From the NCBI GenBank assembly GCA_020725105.1, contig DYFQ01000007.1, positions 2,106-66,105 on the forward strand: 64,000 nucleotides of DNA, given 5' to 3'. The stretch is from Symbiobacterium thermophilum. GTDB taxonomy: Bacteria; Bacillota; Sulfobacillia; DYFQ01. Position numbers and translations under genes: made by a program. Positions within the stretch are counted from its first letter, which is position 1. Each line of letters opens with the position of its first letter. The notes below the pieces were generated by a model. The model saw nothing but the letters and a program-made list of their open reading frames with translations, was not told where the DNA came from and did no database searches. Positions 48,834 to 58,970 of this stretch are shown one piece after another.

Positions 48834-49577
48834 GTGAGCCGTGTGGTTCCCTTCTTCCGTCGCGTGCGACTGGCGTTCCGGGTGGCCCTGTGGCGGGTCG
48901 TCCGGCTGGCGGGCCTCGTTCGCGCCCTACCGGTGCTCTACGTCGGCAGTTCGGAGGCGCTGCCGCCGCCGCTCAGCGCCGACGAGGAGCACCGGTTGCT
49001 GGACCGGCTACAACTGGGGGATCACCGGGTACGGGGGGTCCTGATCGAGCGGAACCTCCGGCTGGTGGTCTACATCGCCAAGAAGTTCGAGAACACCGGC
49101 GTCTGGGTGGAAGACCTGGTGTCCATCGGCACCATCGGACTCATCAAGGCGGTGAACACCTTTGACCCGCGCAAGCGGATCAAGCTGGCCACCTACGCCT
49201 CCAAGTGCATCGAGAACGAGATCCTCATGTTTCTGCGGCGCCACAGCCGGCGGCGCGTGGAGATATCCTTCGACGAGCCGCTGAACATCGACTGGGACGG
49301 AAACGAACTCCTCCTGTCGGACGTGCTGGGCACCGACGCCAACCTGGTCTACAAGGACCTGGAGGAAGAGGTCGAACGCGTGCTCCTGCGCAAGGCCATG
49401 CAGAAGCTGAGCCCGCGGGAGTGCCGCATCCTGGAACTGCGGTTCGGGCTCCAGGACGGCCGCGAGCGGACCCAGAAGGAGGTGGCCGACCTGCTGGGCA
49501 TCTCCCAGTCCTACATCTCCCGGCTGGAGAAGCGGATCATCAAACGGCTTCGCCGGGAGATCCAGAAGTTCGAGTAA
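48834..49577 (+). CDS. sigE: Sporulation sigma factor E (pro-form)
   Basis: Pro-sequence, [25 protein letters not shown] and [15 protein letters not shown] motifs. Confidence 0.96.
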   Translation: MSRVVPFFRRVRLAFRVALWRVVRLAGLVRALPVLYVGSSEALPPPLSADEEHRLLDRLQLGDHRVRGVLIERNLRLVVYIAKKFENTGVWVEDLVSIGTIGLIKAVNTFDPRKRIKLATYASKCIENEILMFLRRHSRRRVEISFDEPLNIDWDGNELLLSDVLGTDANLVYKDLEEEVERVLLRKAMQKLSPRECRILELRFGLQDGRERTQKEVADLLGISQSYISRLEKRIIKRLRREIQKFE

Positions 49578-49648
49578 GCCCGTCCTCGTCTCGGGCCGGG
49601 CCTGAGGCAAGTTCCTGCTATTTTTTGCCATTCCCGCTCCTCCCAGGC

Positions 49649-49678
49649 GCATATTTCCCCACCCCGGGGGAGATAATG
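49649..49678 (+). promoter_or_regulatory. SigF/SigG-type promoter of sigG
   Basis: GCATA-15 nt-GGAGATAATG. Confidence 0.6.
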
Positions 49679-49767
49679 ACACCGGGCAGACAAAAAATGG
49701 AAACTCTCGGGATTCGTGTGCCCCGTTTCCCATATCACGCGACGCCTGCGGAGGGTGCCCGGATTCG

Positions 49768-50538
49768 ATGGTCAACAAGGTCGAGATCTGCGGGGTCAAC
49801 ACGTCCAAGCTCCCGGTGCTGTCCGCTGCCAGGATGCGGGAAGTGTTCGTCCGCATGCGGGCGGGGGACCGCCAGGCCAGGGAGGAACTGGTCCGCGGCA
49901 ACCTGCGCCTGGTGCTCAGCGTCATCCAGCGCTTCAACAACCGCGGGGAACTGGTTGACGACCTGTTCCAGGTTGGCTGCATCGGCCTGCTGAAGGCCAT
50001 CGACAACTTTGACCTCTCCCAGAACGTGAAGTTCTCCACCTACGCCGTGCCCATGATCGTCGGGGAGATCCGGCGTTACCTCAGGGACAACAACCCCATC
50101 CGGGTGAGCCGGTCGTTGCGGGACGTAGCCTACAAGGCCCTTCAGGTTCGCGACAGCCTGGTCAACCGCCATGCCAGGGAGCCGTCCATCAACGAGATCG
50201 CGGCCGAGCTGAAGCTGCCCAGGGAGGACATCGTCTTCGCCCTGGACGCCATCCAGGAACCCATCTCCCTCTTTGATCCCATCTACCACGACGGTGGCGA
50301 CCCCATCTACGTGATGGACCAGATCGCCGACGAAAGCCACCAGGACGCCACCTGGGTCGAGGGAATCGCCATCCGGGAAGCCCTCAGCAAGCTCTCGGAC
50401 AGGGAGAAGCTCATCCTTACCCTGCGCTTTTTCGAGGGCAAGACCCAGATGGAGGTCGCCGAGGAGATCGGCATCTCTCAGGCCCAGGTCTCCCGGCTGG
50501 AGAAAGCCGCCCTGCAGCACATGAGAAAGTTCATGTAA
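49768..50538 (+). CDS. sigG: Sporulation sigma factor G
   Basis: NKVEICGVNTSKLPVL, DDLFQVGCIGL and IRRYLRDNNPIRVSRS motifs. Confidence 0.97.
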   Translation: MVNKVEICGVNTSKLPVLSAARMREVFVRMRAGDRQAREELVRGNLRLVLSVIQRFNNRGELVDDLFQVGCIGLLKAIDNFDLSQNVKFSTYAVPMIVGEIRRYLRDNNPIRVSRSLRDVAYKALQVRDSLVNRHAREPSINEIAAELKLPREDIVFALDAIQEPISLFDPIYHDGGDPIYVMDQIADESHQDATWVEGIAIREALSKLSDREKLILTLRFFEGKTQMEVAEEIGISQAQVSRLEKAALQHMRKFM

Positions 50539-50615
50539 CCCGGGCACACTAGGTGCCAGGCCTGCCGGCAACAGTTCGGCAGCGACAGACACCTGTCAGT
50601 GGGGGTGAACCCGGC

Positions 50616-51323
50616 ATGGTGATCAGGCGGCTGGTCCGGCCCATGGCGAGTCTTGTCCTGGCGGCCTTCGGGGCCGGCCTCGTCGTGGCCAGCGCCGGCC
50701 CACTCGATGCCCTGGAAGCCTACAATCCTCGAAACCTGATCCGCCTGCAGGTGGTGGCAGCGTCGGATGATCCCGAAGACAAGCGTCTCAAGCTCGAGGT
50801 CCGTGACGCCGTGCTTTCGGTTCTCCGGCCCGCCCTGACCGGCGCGGAAGGGGCCGATGAGGCAGGCCGGCGTATCGTGGCCTCGCTCCCCGAGGTAGAG
50901 GCGGCGGCCCAGGCCGTGCTGGACCGGGCCGGCCGGCCCGCTCCGGTCAGCGCCAGCCTGGAGGAGCGGTGGTTTTCCGCCCGGCAGTGGGGTGGGGTGG
51001 TGTTCCCGGCCGGCAACTACCGCGTTCTGCGAGTGGCCATCGGGGCCGGAAGCGGCCAGAACTGGTGGTGCGTCGTATACCCGGGGCTGTGCTATACCCC
51101 ATGGACGGCCGGGCTGGACGACGGCACCCGGATTCCCCTGGCCATCGAGGCCGAGGGTGACCGGATCCTGCTCAGGGGCGACGGGGAACTGGAAGCCTTG
51201 CCGGCGGAAGTCCGGTTCTGGGTCGTGGAGTGGGTCCGGCGGTTCGGCGGCGCGATTCAGGCCCGGTGGCTGGAGGCGCGGGCGGCCTGGCGGGCGGACT
51301 CGGCGACGGGAGGCAGGCGCTAG
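50616..51323 (+). CDS. spoIIR: Stage II sporulation protein R
   Basis: LIRLQVVAASD...KLEVRDAV, PAGNY and GQNWWCVVYPGLC motifs. Confidence 0.9.
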   Translation: MVIRRLVRPMASLVLAAFGAGLVVASAGPLDALEAYNPRNLIRLQVVAASDDPEDKRLKLEVRDAVLSVLRPALTGAEGADEAGRRIVASLPEVEAAAQAVLDRAGRPAPVSASLEERWFSARQWGGVVFPAGNYRVLRVAIGAGSGQNWWCVVYPGLCYTPWTAGLDDGTRIPLAIEAEGDRILLRGDGELEALPAEVRFWVVEWVRRFGGAIQARWLEARAAWRADSATGGRR

Positions 51324-51423
51324 GCCCTCCGGAGCCAGAGCCGCGAAGGTGCCCGGCGGCACGGGCCATCATATACATGGGGACAGCGGGGCCCGCTGGG
51401 CACCGCCAGGGAGGGCCCGCGCC

Positions 51424-51681
51424 GTGCCCGTTCGCATCTCGGACCTGCGGATCCGGGAAGTCGTCAACGTGATCGACGGCAAGCGCCTCGGTTTCATCAT
51501 TGACCTGGAGGTGGAGCTGGAGACGGGGCGCATCACGGCCATCGTGGTGCCCGGATCCCGGTGGCTGGGCATCTTTGGCCGGGAAGCCGAATGGGTCATC
51601 CCGTGGACCAGGATCCGCAAGATCGGGACCGACGTGATCCTGGTGGAGATGGCGCCCTACACCCACCCGGGAGCGGATTGA
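51424..51681 (+). CDS. ylmC: YlmC/YmxH PRC-barrel sporulation protein
   Basis: RISDLRIREVVNVIDGKRLG and IPWTRIRKIGTDVILV motifs. Confidence 0.9.
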   Translation: MPVRISDLRIREVVNVIDGKRLGFIIDLEVELETGRITAIVVPGSRWLGIFGREAEWVIPWTRIRKIGTDVILVEMAPYTHPGAD

Positions 51682-51819
51682 GCGCGGGCAGGCTCTCGAA
51701 AGGCAAGCCGCAGGCCGCCGTGGAAGTTGCTTCCGACGGCGGCCTCGTCTGTTCTTGTGCCGCCGGTGCAAACCACGCCCCGCCCGCCCCGGCGGGTGCG
51801 GGGCAGCCGGAGGAGAGGC

Positions 51820-53256
51820 ATGTACGACGTCGCGATCATCGGGGGCGGCCCCGGCGGCTACGTGGCCGCCGTCCGCGCCGCCCAGCTTGGCGCGAAGGTC
51901 GCCCTGATCGAGCAGGCCGAACTGGGCGGGGTCTGCCTGAACCTGGGCTGCATTCCCACCAAAGCCATGCTGCGGTCGGCGGAAGTCTACACCCTGGCGG
52001 GTGAGGCCGAAAGCTTCGGGGTCCGGGTATCAGGGGCGGAACTCGACTTTGGCCGCGTGATGGCCCGCAAGGACCAGATCGTCAAGGGGCTGGTCAACGG
52101 CCTGAACCGGTTGATGGCGGCCAACGGGATCGAGGTGCTCCGGGCCCGGGGGCATCTCCTGGCGCCCAACCGCGTGGAGGCGGCCCCGGGCGAGGGAGAG
52201 CCTCGCCAGGTGGAGGCGCGGTCGGTGATCCTGGCCACGGGCTCCAATCCCCTCTTCCTCCTCTTGCCCGGCCTGGACCTGCCCGGGGTCATCACCTCCG
52301 ACGGCGCGCTGGCCCTGGAGTCCCTGCCTGCTTCGGTAGTGGTCGTGGGCGGCGGAGTGGTGGGGGTCGAGTTCGCTTCCATCTTTCACGCCTTCGGCTG
52401 CCGGGTGACGGTGGTGGAGATGCTGCCGTCGCTCCTGCCGCCGGCCGACGAGGAGATCTCGCGACGGCTGGCCCTGAATTTCCGGCGGCGTGGCATCCAG
52501 GTTCACACGGGCACCAGGCTGAAGGCGGTGGAGGCGGCGGGGCCCGGCGACGGTCCCTTCGGGCCGCCCAAGCGGGTGGTGTGCGAGACCGAAAAGGGCG
52601 AGACGGCCGCCTTTGACGGCGAGGTCGTGCTGATAGCCATCGGCCGCCGGCCCAACCTGGCCCGCCTGGGGCTGGAAGCGGTGGGGGTCCGTTTCGATCA
52701 CCGCTCCGGAATCCAGGTGGACGACGGGATGCAGACCAGCGTCCCCGGGGTCTACGCGGCGGGCGACGTGACGGGCGGCACCATGCTGGCCCATGCCGCC
52801 TTCGCCCAGGGCATCATTGCCGCCGAGCGGGCCATGGGTCACCCGGCCAGCTGGGCGGGGCAGGTGGTGCCAAGTTGCGTCTTCACCTTCCCGGAGGTGG
52901 CCTGGGCCGGGCTGACGGAACAGCAAGCCCGGGCCAGGGGGCTCGAGGTGGAGGTCGGCCGCTTTCCCTTCGCCGCCCTGGGCAAGGCACAGCTAGCCGG
53001 CGAGACGGACGGGCTCTGCAAGATCATCGCCGAGCGCACCGGCGAGCCCGGCGAGGGACGGGTACTGGGGGTTCACCTGATGGGCCCTGCCGCGACAGAA
53101 CTGGTGCAGGAAGGGGTGCTGGCCGTGCGTCTGGGGGTCCGGGCCCGGGAGCTGGCCGACACCATCCACCCCCATCCCACGCTGGTGGAGGCCCTGGGCG
53201 AAGCGGCCCACGCGCTCATGGGCCGGCCGCTGCACCAGGCCGGGCGGCGCCGATGA
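51820..53256 (+). CDS. lpdA: Dihydrolipoyl dehydrogenase
   Basis: GGGPGGY, GGVCLNLGCIPTK, GGGVVGVE and HPHPTLVE motifs. Confidence 0.95.
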   Translation: MYDVAIIGGGPGGYVAAVRAAQLGAKVALIEQAELGGVCLNLGCIPTKAMLRSAEVYTLAGEAESFGVRVSGAELDFGRVMARKDQIVKGLVNGLNRLMAANGIEVLRARGHLLAPNRVEAAPGEGEPRQVEARSVILATGSNPLFLLLPGLDLPGVITSDGALALESLPASVVVVGGGVVGVEFASIFHAFGCRVTVVEMLPSLLPPADEEISRRLALNFRRRGIQVHTGTRLKAVEAAGPGDGPFGPPKRVVCETEKGETAAFDGEVVLIAIGRRPNLARLGLEAVGVRFDHRSGIQVDDGMQTSVPGVYAAGDVTGGTMLAHAAFAQGIIAAERAMGHPASWAGQVVPSCVFTFPEVAWAGLTEQQARARGLEVEVGRFPFAALGKAQLAGETDGLCKIIAERTGEPGEGRVLGVHLMGPAATELVQEGVLAVRLGVRARELADTIHPHPTLVEALGEAAHALMGRPLHQAGRRR

Positions 53257-53329
53257 ACCGCACGGAGGCCGTGGGCCGAGGGCGACCGGGCCGCACGCCG
53301 GCGAGCTGGCCCCTTTAGCGGTCGTTACG

Positions 53330-53761
53330 TTACCTCGGTCGGGGTTCCCGCAAGCTGAACAGCAAGAAGCCGGCGGCCGCCAGGAGCAGGGGAGAGGATC
53401 GGACGCCCGGCAGAAAGCTCCGGAGGGCGATCGAACCAAGGAGGTGCGTCAGGCCGTTGACGGCCATGATTGCTCCGTAAACGGCCGCCGCCGGTTTGGT
53501 CCACCTGCCGCCGCGGCAGATCAGGGGCGTCGCGGCCAGCATAAGGCCGATGGCCACGGTCAGGGTGAGAAGCCAGCCCGCGTAGCTGAAAACCGGCAAC
53601 CTGAGGGCCGGGTACGCCGCGCGGAGGGATTGCACGGCGGGATTGTACAGGGCAAGGAAGTCGGTGGCCGCTTCGTCCCACACGTGGATGGCGAACGCCA
53701 GCGTGAGCAGGAACCAGCCCGTGCCGCGCCGGCGAGTGCCGGAAACGGGGATGCCTTGCAT
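53330..53761 (-). CDS. HXXEE-domain-like membrane protein
   Basis: HVWDE motif, four TMs, NGLTH and PGV motifs. Confidence 0.7.
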   Translation of the reverse strand: MQGIPVSGTRRRGTGWFLLTLAFAIHVWDEAATDFLALYNPAVQSLRAAYPALRLPVFSYAGWLLTLTVAIGLMLAATPLICRGGRWTKPAAAVYGAIMAVNGLTHLLGSIALRSFLPGVRSSPLLLAAAGFLLFSLREPRPR

Positions 53762-53863
53762 TCCTCCTGACCTCCCGTTCGACCATCTCTCCCTCCGGCG
53801 CGGCGCCGATCCTTGTGGAGCCCTTCTGTGGCAGGGCCGGTTTTCCTGTCCGAGCCCCGTTCC

Positions 53864-54736
53864 TCAGCACCCGCAGTCCGCTACGAGGGCAACGAACAGG
53901 GCGGCCAGGTAGATAATGGAGTAACCATACAGTTGCCGGGTTGCCCGGCCGGGGCCGGCCCCCTCCCGGCCGGCCCGCACGGCCAGGCCCAGAAACAGGG
54001 CGCCCGACACAACCGCGACGGTCAGGTACCAGCGGCCGGCGGCGGCCAGGGGAACGGGGAGGATGGACACGGCCACCAGGGCCAGGGTGTAGCCCACGAT
54101 CTGGCGCCGGGTGGCCGCCTCGCCGCTCACCACAGGGAGCATGGGAATGCCGGCACGGGCGTAGTCGTCCTTGCGAACCAGGGCCAGAGCCCAGAAGTGG
54201 GGCGGCGTCCAGAAAAAGATGATCGCAAACAGGACCAGGGCGGGGAAGTCCAGGCGGCCCGTGGCGGCGGCCCAGCCGATGATGGGGCCGACCGCCCCGG
54301 CCGCGCCACCGATGACGATGTTCTTCGGCGTGCTCCGCTTCAGCCACTTGGTATACACCAGGACATAGAAGGCGACGCCCAGACCCGCCAGAGCGGCGGC
54401 GAGCCAGTTGACGGCGGTGCCCAGCAGCGCGACGGCCAGGATCCCCAGACCCAGCCCGAACGCGAGGGCACCGGGGGGCGGGACCCGGCCCGCCGGCAGC
54501 GGCCGGTTACGGGTCCGGACCATCAGGGCGTCCACGTCCCGGTCCAGGTAGCAGTTGAGGGCGTTGGCGGCGCCGGCCGCCATGGCCGTGCCAAGCAGGG
54601 TCGCCAGGAGCAGCCCGGCAGCGGCCGGGGCTCCGGCCGCCCGCATGCCCGCCCAGGTGGTCACGAGCACCAGCAGGATGATGCGGGGCTTGGTGAGGTT
54701 CAGGTAGTCCTTGACCAGCCCCACGGCGGCCGTCAC
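53864..54736 (-). CDS. ctaB: Protoheme IX farnesyltransferase (heme O synthase)
   Basis: LTKPR, DRDVDALMVRTRNRPLP, WTPPHF and DYARAGIPMLP motifs; GTGA overlap with ctaA. Confidence 0.95.
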   Translation of the reverse strand: MTAAVGLVKDYLNLTKPRIILLVLVTTWAGMRAAGAPAAAGLLLATLLGTAMAAGAANALNCYLDRDVDALMVRTRNRPLPAGRVPPPGALAFGLGLGILAVALLGTAVNWLAAALAGLGVAFYVLVYTKWLKRSTPKNIVIGGAAGAVGPIIGWAAATGRLDFPALVLFAIIFFWTPPHFWALALVRKDDYARAGIPMLPVVSGEAATRRQIVGYTLALVAVSILPVPLAAAGRWYLTVAVVSGALFLGLAVRAGREGAGPGRATRQLYGYSIIYLAALFVALVADCGC

Positions 54737-55686
54737 GCGGGCGCCTCCTCGCGCCCGGCGGTCGCCGGCCCCGCCTCCGCGGCCGGGCCCGCAAGCTCCG
54801 GCCGCAGGGCCACCAGCCCCATGGTCAGCACCGTGGCCAGGATGAGGGAGCCGGTGGCCAGGTGCAGGGTGGCCAGGCTGACGGGAACGCTGAACAGAAC
54901 CGTCAGGCCGCCAAGGGCCGCCTGAACCAGCCAGAGACCCAGGGCCAGCCCGGCCCCGCTCCAGGCCCACGGCCGCGCCCGGCGGTGACGGGCCGCCTGC
55001 CAGAGCAGCCCGAGGAGGACAAGGCCCAAGGCCAGGGCGGATAGCCGGTGGAGGAGGTGAACCAGCACCGGTCCGGAGAGTTCGGGCACCAGTCGTCCCT
55101 GACACAGGGGCCAGTCAGGACACGCCAGGGCCGCCCCGCTGTGGCGCACGTAGCCACCCAGGACGGCCACGAAGTAGGTCAGGCCGGCGGCTGACAGGGC
55201 CCAGCGTCCGAGGGTCGCCTCCGCCGGGGCCGGCACGGTCTCCGCGGCCGCTTCCTGGAGGATGGGAGCCCGGACCAGGACCGCCAGGCCGAGCATGGAG
55301 GTGAAAAGGGCGAGCCCGACCGCCAGATGGGCGCTGGACACGGCGGGCGGCAGGTGCAGCAGCACGGTGAACCCGCCCAGCACCACCTGGACCAGTAGCA
55401 GCAGCAGGGCCAGTACGGCCGCGGCCCGGATTTCCCGCCGGCCCGTGCGCCAGGCAAGCCCGGCGGTGACCACCACCATGACGCCCACCAGCGAGGCCAT
55501 CAGGCGATGACCGTATTCCAGGAGCACCGGGCCCTCCAGGGGCGGGACCAACCGCCCGTGGCACAGGGGCCAGTCAGGGCAGGCCAGCCCGGCGCCGGAG
55601 GAACTCACCACTCCACCCAGGAGCATCAGGAGGTACACGCCGACCGTGGTCGCCAGGCTCCACCCCAGAAGAGCGCGAGAGGGCAT
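54733..55686 (-). CDS. ctaA: Heme A synthase (CtaA/COX15)
   Basis: GAGLACPDWPLC and GAALACPDWPLC, EYGHR and His-bearing helices. Confidence 0.92.
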   Translation of the reverse strand: MPSRALLGWSLATTVGVYLLMLLGGVVSSSGAGLACPDWPLCHGRLVPPLEGPVLLEYGHRLMASLVGVMVVVTAGLAWRTGRREIRAAAVLALLLLLVQVVLGGFTVLLHLPPAVSSAHLAVGLALFTSMLGLAVLVRAPILQEAAAETVPAPAEATLGRWALSAAGLTYFVAVLGGYVRHSGAALACPDWPLCQGRLVPELSGPVLVHLLHRLSALALGLVLLGLLWQAARHRRARPWAWSGAGLALGLWLVQAALGGLTVLFSVPVSLATLHLATGSLILATVLTMGLVALRPELAGPAAEAGPATAGREEAPA

Positions 55687-55831
55687 GACTCCAGAACCAC
55701 CTTTCGCCAAGAACGCCGGCAAACCAAGTGCCACCGCGTGGCCAGCCACAGGCAGTGATGGCCATCACACCCAACGCCACGCGCTGACATTATAATTGCG
55801 GAGGCCGGCAAGCTGAGGGGCGTCGACTGCG

Positions 55832-55861
55832 TTGACAGCCTGTGCTACCCGGTAGTATCTT
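55832..55861 (+). promoter_or_regulatory. Possible SigA promoter of the respiratory operon
   Basis: TTGACA-18 nt-TATCTT; a divergent TATAAT lies at 55789-55794 on the minus strand. Confidence 0.45.
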
Positions 55862-55965
55862 GAGGGCGGTTTTTCGGCCGCCGTGTGGCGGGCCCGGGAA
55901 AGCGCCGGCCGCCGTGGCGAAAAACCTGCCATCGTGCCATCCCCGGGGCGGGAAAGGGGACCGGT

Positions 55966-57381
55966 ATGGGCATCCGCTTGATTGACGGCTCTTCTGATTC
56001 CACGGCGCGCCGCTACGTGCTCACATCGGTCTTCTGGCTCGTCCTCGCCCTCGCCGTCGGCCTCGTGACCGCGATCCAGCTGGTCTGGCCAGACCTTACC
56101 CGGGGCATCCCGCAGTTACAGTTCGGCCGGCTGCGCGCCGCGTATCTCAACGCGGCGGTCTTGGGCTGGCTTTCCCTGGCCGGCCTGGGAGCGGCCCATT
56201 ACATCGTCCCGCGCCTGACCGGCCGGCCCCTTTGGAGCGAGCGGCTGGGCAACTGGGGTGTGTGGCTGTGGAACGGCGCCCTGTTGACGGGCGTTACGGG
56301 TCTGCTGCATGGCTGGACGGAGGGACGGGAGTACGCCGAACTGGCGTGGCCCTTCGACCTGCTGCTGCTGGCCGCCGCCGGGCTGGCCGGCTGCAACCTG
56401 TTGGCGACCGTCGCCCGCCGTGCCGAGGACGAGCTTTACGTATCCGTCTGGTACGTGGTGGGCGCGGTGGTCTGGTTTCCCGTCATCTACGTTGTGGGCA
56501 ACCGGACTTTTGTCAGGGTCTGGGGACTGCACGACGCCATCGTGAACTCGTTCTACGCCCAGGGGCTGGTGGGGCTCTGGTTGACGGCCCTGGCCTTGGC
56601 TGCCGCCTACCATCTGGTGCCCGTCCTGACGGAGCGAGCCCTTTACGGCCGGCGGCTGGCGCTGGTCGGCTTCTGGGGCCTGGCGCTACTTTACCCGTTC
56701 ACCGGCGGCGTCCACCTGCTGCAGGCTCCGGTGCCTGAATGGCTGAAGGGCATGGGTGTGGTGGCCTCGGCCCTGCTCCTGGTTCCGGTCTCGGCCGTGG
56801 TGACCAACCTGTTCGTCACCCTCTCCGGGCGGTGGGACCGGGTTTACCGGGACATTGCCCTGCGGTGGGTGGTGACCGGCGGCTTTCACTTCCTGATGGC
56901 CGGCGCTCTCGGGGCGTTCCAGGCGACCCGCTGGGTCAACTGGTACCTCCAGTACTCCCAGTGGATGGTGGCCTACCACCACCTGGTCCTCTGGGGCGCC
57001 TTTTCCTTCATCGCCCTGGGCGCGCTGTACCACGCCGTACCGAGGCTACTGGCCAGACCCTGGTTTTCCGGCGGGCTGGCCGAGGCCCACTTCTGGCTCA
57101 CGCTGGCCGGCTTCACCTTGACGTTCTGGAGTCTGGCGGCCGCCGGCCTGGTCCAGTCGGCCGCCTGGCTATCCGGGAGCCCCGTCCAGCAGGTAGTGCC
57201 ATACCTGAAGCCCCACTTCGTGGCGGCCGTGTCCGGCGCCGCCGCCATGGCGCTGGGGCAGTCGCTGTTCGCTTATAACCTGTACCTCACGGCCCGGGCG
57301 CGGGTGGAGCGGGCTCCCGCCGAGCCTGCCGCGGCGCCCGCGGCCTTCGTGCCGGCCGGGGGCGGACCCGGGGCCGCGTAG
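55966..57381 (+). CDS. cbb3-type oxidase subunit I (CcoN)-like protein with degenerate metal ligands
   Basis: FGRLR, GREYAEL and LYVSVWY motifs with about 12 TMs; His ligands replaced (see findings). Confidence 0.85.
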   Translation: MGIRLIDGSSDSTARRYVLTSVFWLVLALAVGLVTAIQLVWPDLTRGIPQLQFGRLRAAYLNAAVLGWLSLAGLGAAHYIVPRLTGRPLWSERLGNWGVWLWNGALLTGVTGLLHGWTEGREYAELAWPFDLLLLAAAGLAGCNLLATVARRAEDELYVSVWYVVGAVVWFPVIYVVGNRTFVRVWGLHDAIVNSFYAQGLVGLWLTALALAAAYHLVPVLTERALYGRRLALVGFWGLALLYPFTGGVHLLQAPVPEWLKGMGVVASALLLVPVSAVVTNLFVTLSGRWDRVYRDIALRWVVTGGFHFLMAGALGAFQATRWVNWYLQYSQWMVAYHHLVLWGAFSFIALGALYHAVPRLLARPWFSGGLAEAHFWLTLAGFTLTFWSLAAAGLVQSAAWLSGSPVQQVVPYLKPHFVAAVSGAAAMALGQSLFAYNLYLTARARVERAPAEPAAAPAAFVPAGGGPGAA

Positions 57382-57394
57382 GGCCGGCCGGCCT

Positions 57395-58741
57395 TTGGTG
57401 CCTGACCGGAGCATAGCGGGGAAAGGTGGCTGGTCATTGGTCGTTGCGTTGTGGGCCGGGTTGGCGCTGGCGATAGTGGCCGTGCTGCTGGTGGCGCTCG
57501 TGGGTGGACGATCGCTGGCCGGCGGGAGAAGCCCGCGTTTGCGCGGCCTCATGGTCGGGACCGGGGCGGCCGTCGCGGCCGGCGTCTTCGCGACGGTCTG
57601 GCTGCCGCTGGCTGCCTTCCGCCCGCCCGTGACCGCCGCCGCCCACCCCCTTTCAGAGCTGGAGGCCTACGGGCGCCGGGTGTATACCCGCGAGGGGTGC
57701 TACGCCTGCCACACCCAGGTGGCCCGCCCCCAGGACTGGAACGTGGGCTCGGTCTCCGAGGCGGGCGACTACGCCTACCAGCCGTGGCACCTGCTGGGCG
57801 CGGGCCGCGTCGGCCCCGACCTGGCCAACGTGGGCGGGCGCTATTCCGACGCCTGGCTGACGACCCATCTGAAGAACCCCCGGGCAACCTTTCCGGGCTC
57901 GGTCATGCCGCCCTACGCCCACCTGAGTTCCGACGAGCTCAGGGCGGTGGTGGCCTACCTCCAGAGCCTCGGGCGCGACAAGGCGCGGCCCCGGTTGTTC
58001 ACCGACCCCGGCCGGCAGCGGGACTTCGAGGCAGTGGAGGCGGCGGTTCCCGACCGGTACGCGGCCCTGGAGCCCAAGGTGGCGGTGGCACCCAACACCG
58101 CCAACGCGGGCTACGGCATCTACCTGCAGAACTGCGCCGTCTGCCACGGTGACACCGGGCGGGGCGACGGACCGCGCGCCGCCACCCTGGCCAGGCCCCC
58201 GGCCGACCTGACCAGAACCGGGCGGCAGTCGCTGCAGTACATCTACTGGCGGATCGCCGAAGGGGTTCCCGGCACCGCCATGCCCGCCTGGAAGCTGACG
58301 CTCCACGAGGAGCAACTCTGGTACCTGACGGCTTACGTCCGCTGGGTCGCCGCGGAGGCGGCCCAGGCGGAGCCCGCCGAGCCAGCCGAGCCGGGCCTCG
58401 CGGGCCCGTGGGGCGAGATCCCGGCCCGGTTCGCGGGGCTGGAGAACCCCTTCAGGGGTCAGGCGGCGGCCAGGGAGGCCGGCAGCCAGATCTGGGGCGG
58501 CATGTGCGCCGTCTGCCACGGGCCGGCCGGAGCCGGGGACGGCCCCGCCGCCGCGAGCATGGTGCCGCGGCCGGCCGACTTCACCGGCGACAGGTACCGG
58601 GACTACCCCGACAGCTTCTTCTTCTGGATCACCACCGCGGGCAAGCCGGGCACGGGAATGCCCGCCTGGGAGGACCTGCTGACGGAAGAGCAGCGATGGC
58701 AGGTGGTCACCTTCCTGCGGACCTTCCACGGAGTGGAGTGA
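57395..58741 (+). CDS. CcoO-like domain fused to two further cytochrome c domains (triheme)
   Basis: GRRVYTREGCYACHTQ, RVGPDLANVG and SVMPPY motifs, then two CAVCH domains each with a MPAW axial Met. Confidence 0.85.
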   Translation: MVPDRSIAGKGGWSLVVALWAGLALAIVAVLLVALVGGRSLAGGRSPRLRGLMVGTGAAVAAGVFATVWLPLAAFRPPVTAAAHPLSELEAYGRRVYTREGCYACHTQVARPQDWNVGSVSEAGDYAYQPWHLLGAGRVGPDLANVGGRYSDAWLTTHLKNPRATFPGSVMPPYAHLSSDELRAVVAYLQSLGRDKARPRLFTDPGRQRDFEAVEAAVPDRYAALEPKVAVAPNTANAGYGIYLQNCAVCHGDTGRGDGPRAATLARPPADLTRTGRQSLQYIYWRIAEGVPGTAMPAWKLTLHEEQLWYLTAYVRWVAAEAAQAEPAEPAEPGLAGPWGEIPARFAGLENPFRGQAAAREAGSQIWGGMCAVCHGPAGAGDGPAAASMVPRPADFTGDRYRDYPDSFFFWITTAGKPGTGMPAWEDLLTEEQRWQVVTFLRTFHGVE

Positions 58742-58806
58742 CACCGGAGGTCCGCGTGGCGGGTGGCCTGCCACGCGGCCGGACGCATGATCGAGGAGTG
58801 ACCGGG

Positions 58807-58956
58807 ATGGGTCGCGAGGCGCAGGGGGACGGGGGGAAGGTCGAACTCGTCCGCCCCGGCTACCGGGGCGACGAGGTACCGGTGCTGCTGGTCGTCTTCT
58901 GGCTGGCCGTCGTGCTCTACGCCGGCCTGGCCTGGATCCCGGCCTTCGGCTACTGA
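58807..58956 (+). CDS. 49-aa single-TM accessory subunit
   Basis: GAGGAG RBS, one hydrophobic helix, and it fills the gap between two cytochrome genes. Confidence 0.55.
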   Translation: MGREAQGDGGKVELVRPGYRGDEVPVLLVVFWLAVVLYAGLAWIPAFGY

Positions 58957-58970
58957 GGAGGGAGCGGTCG

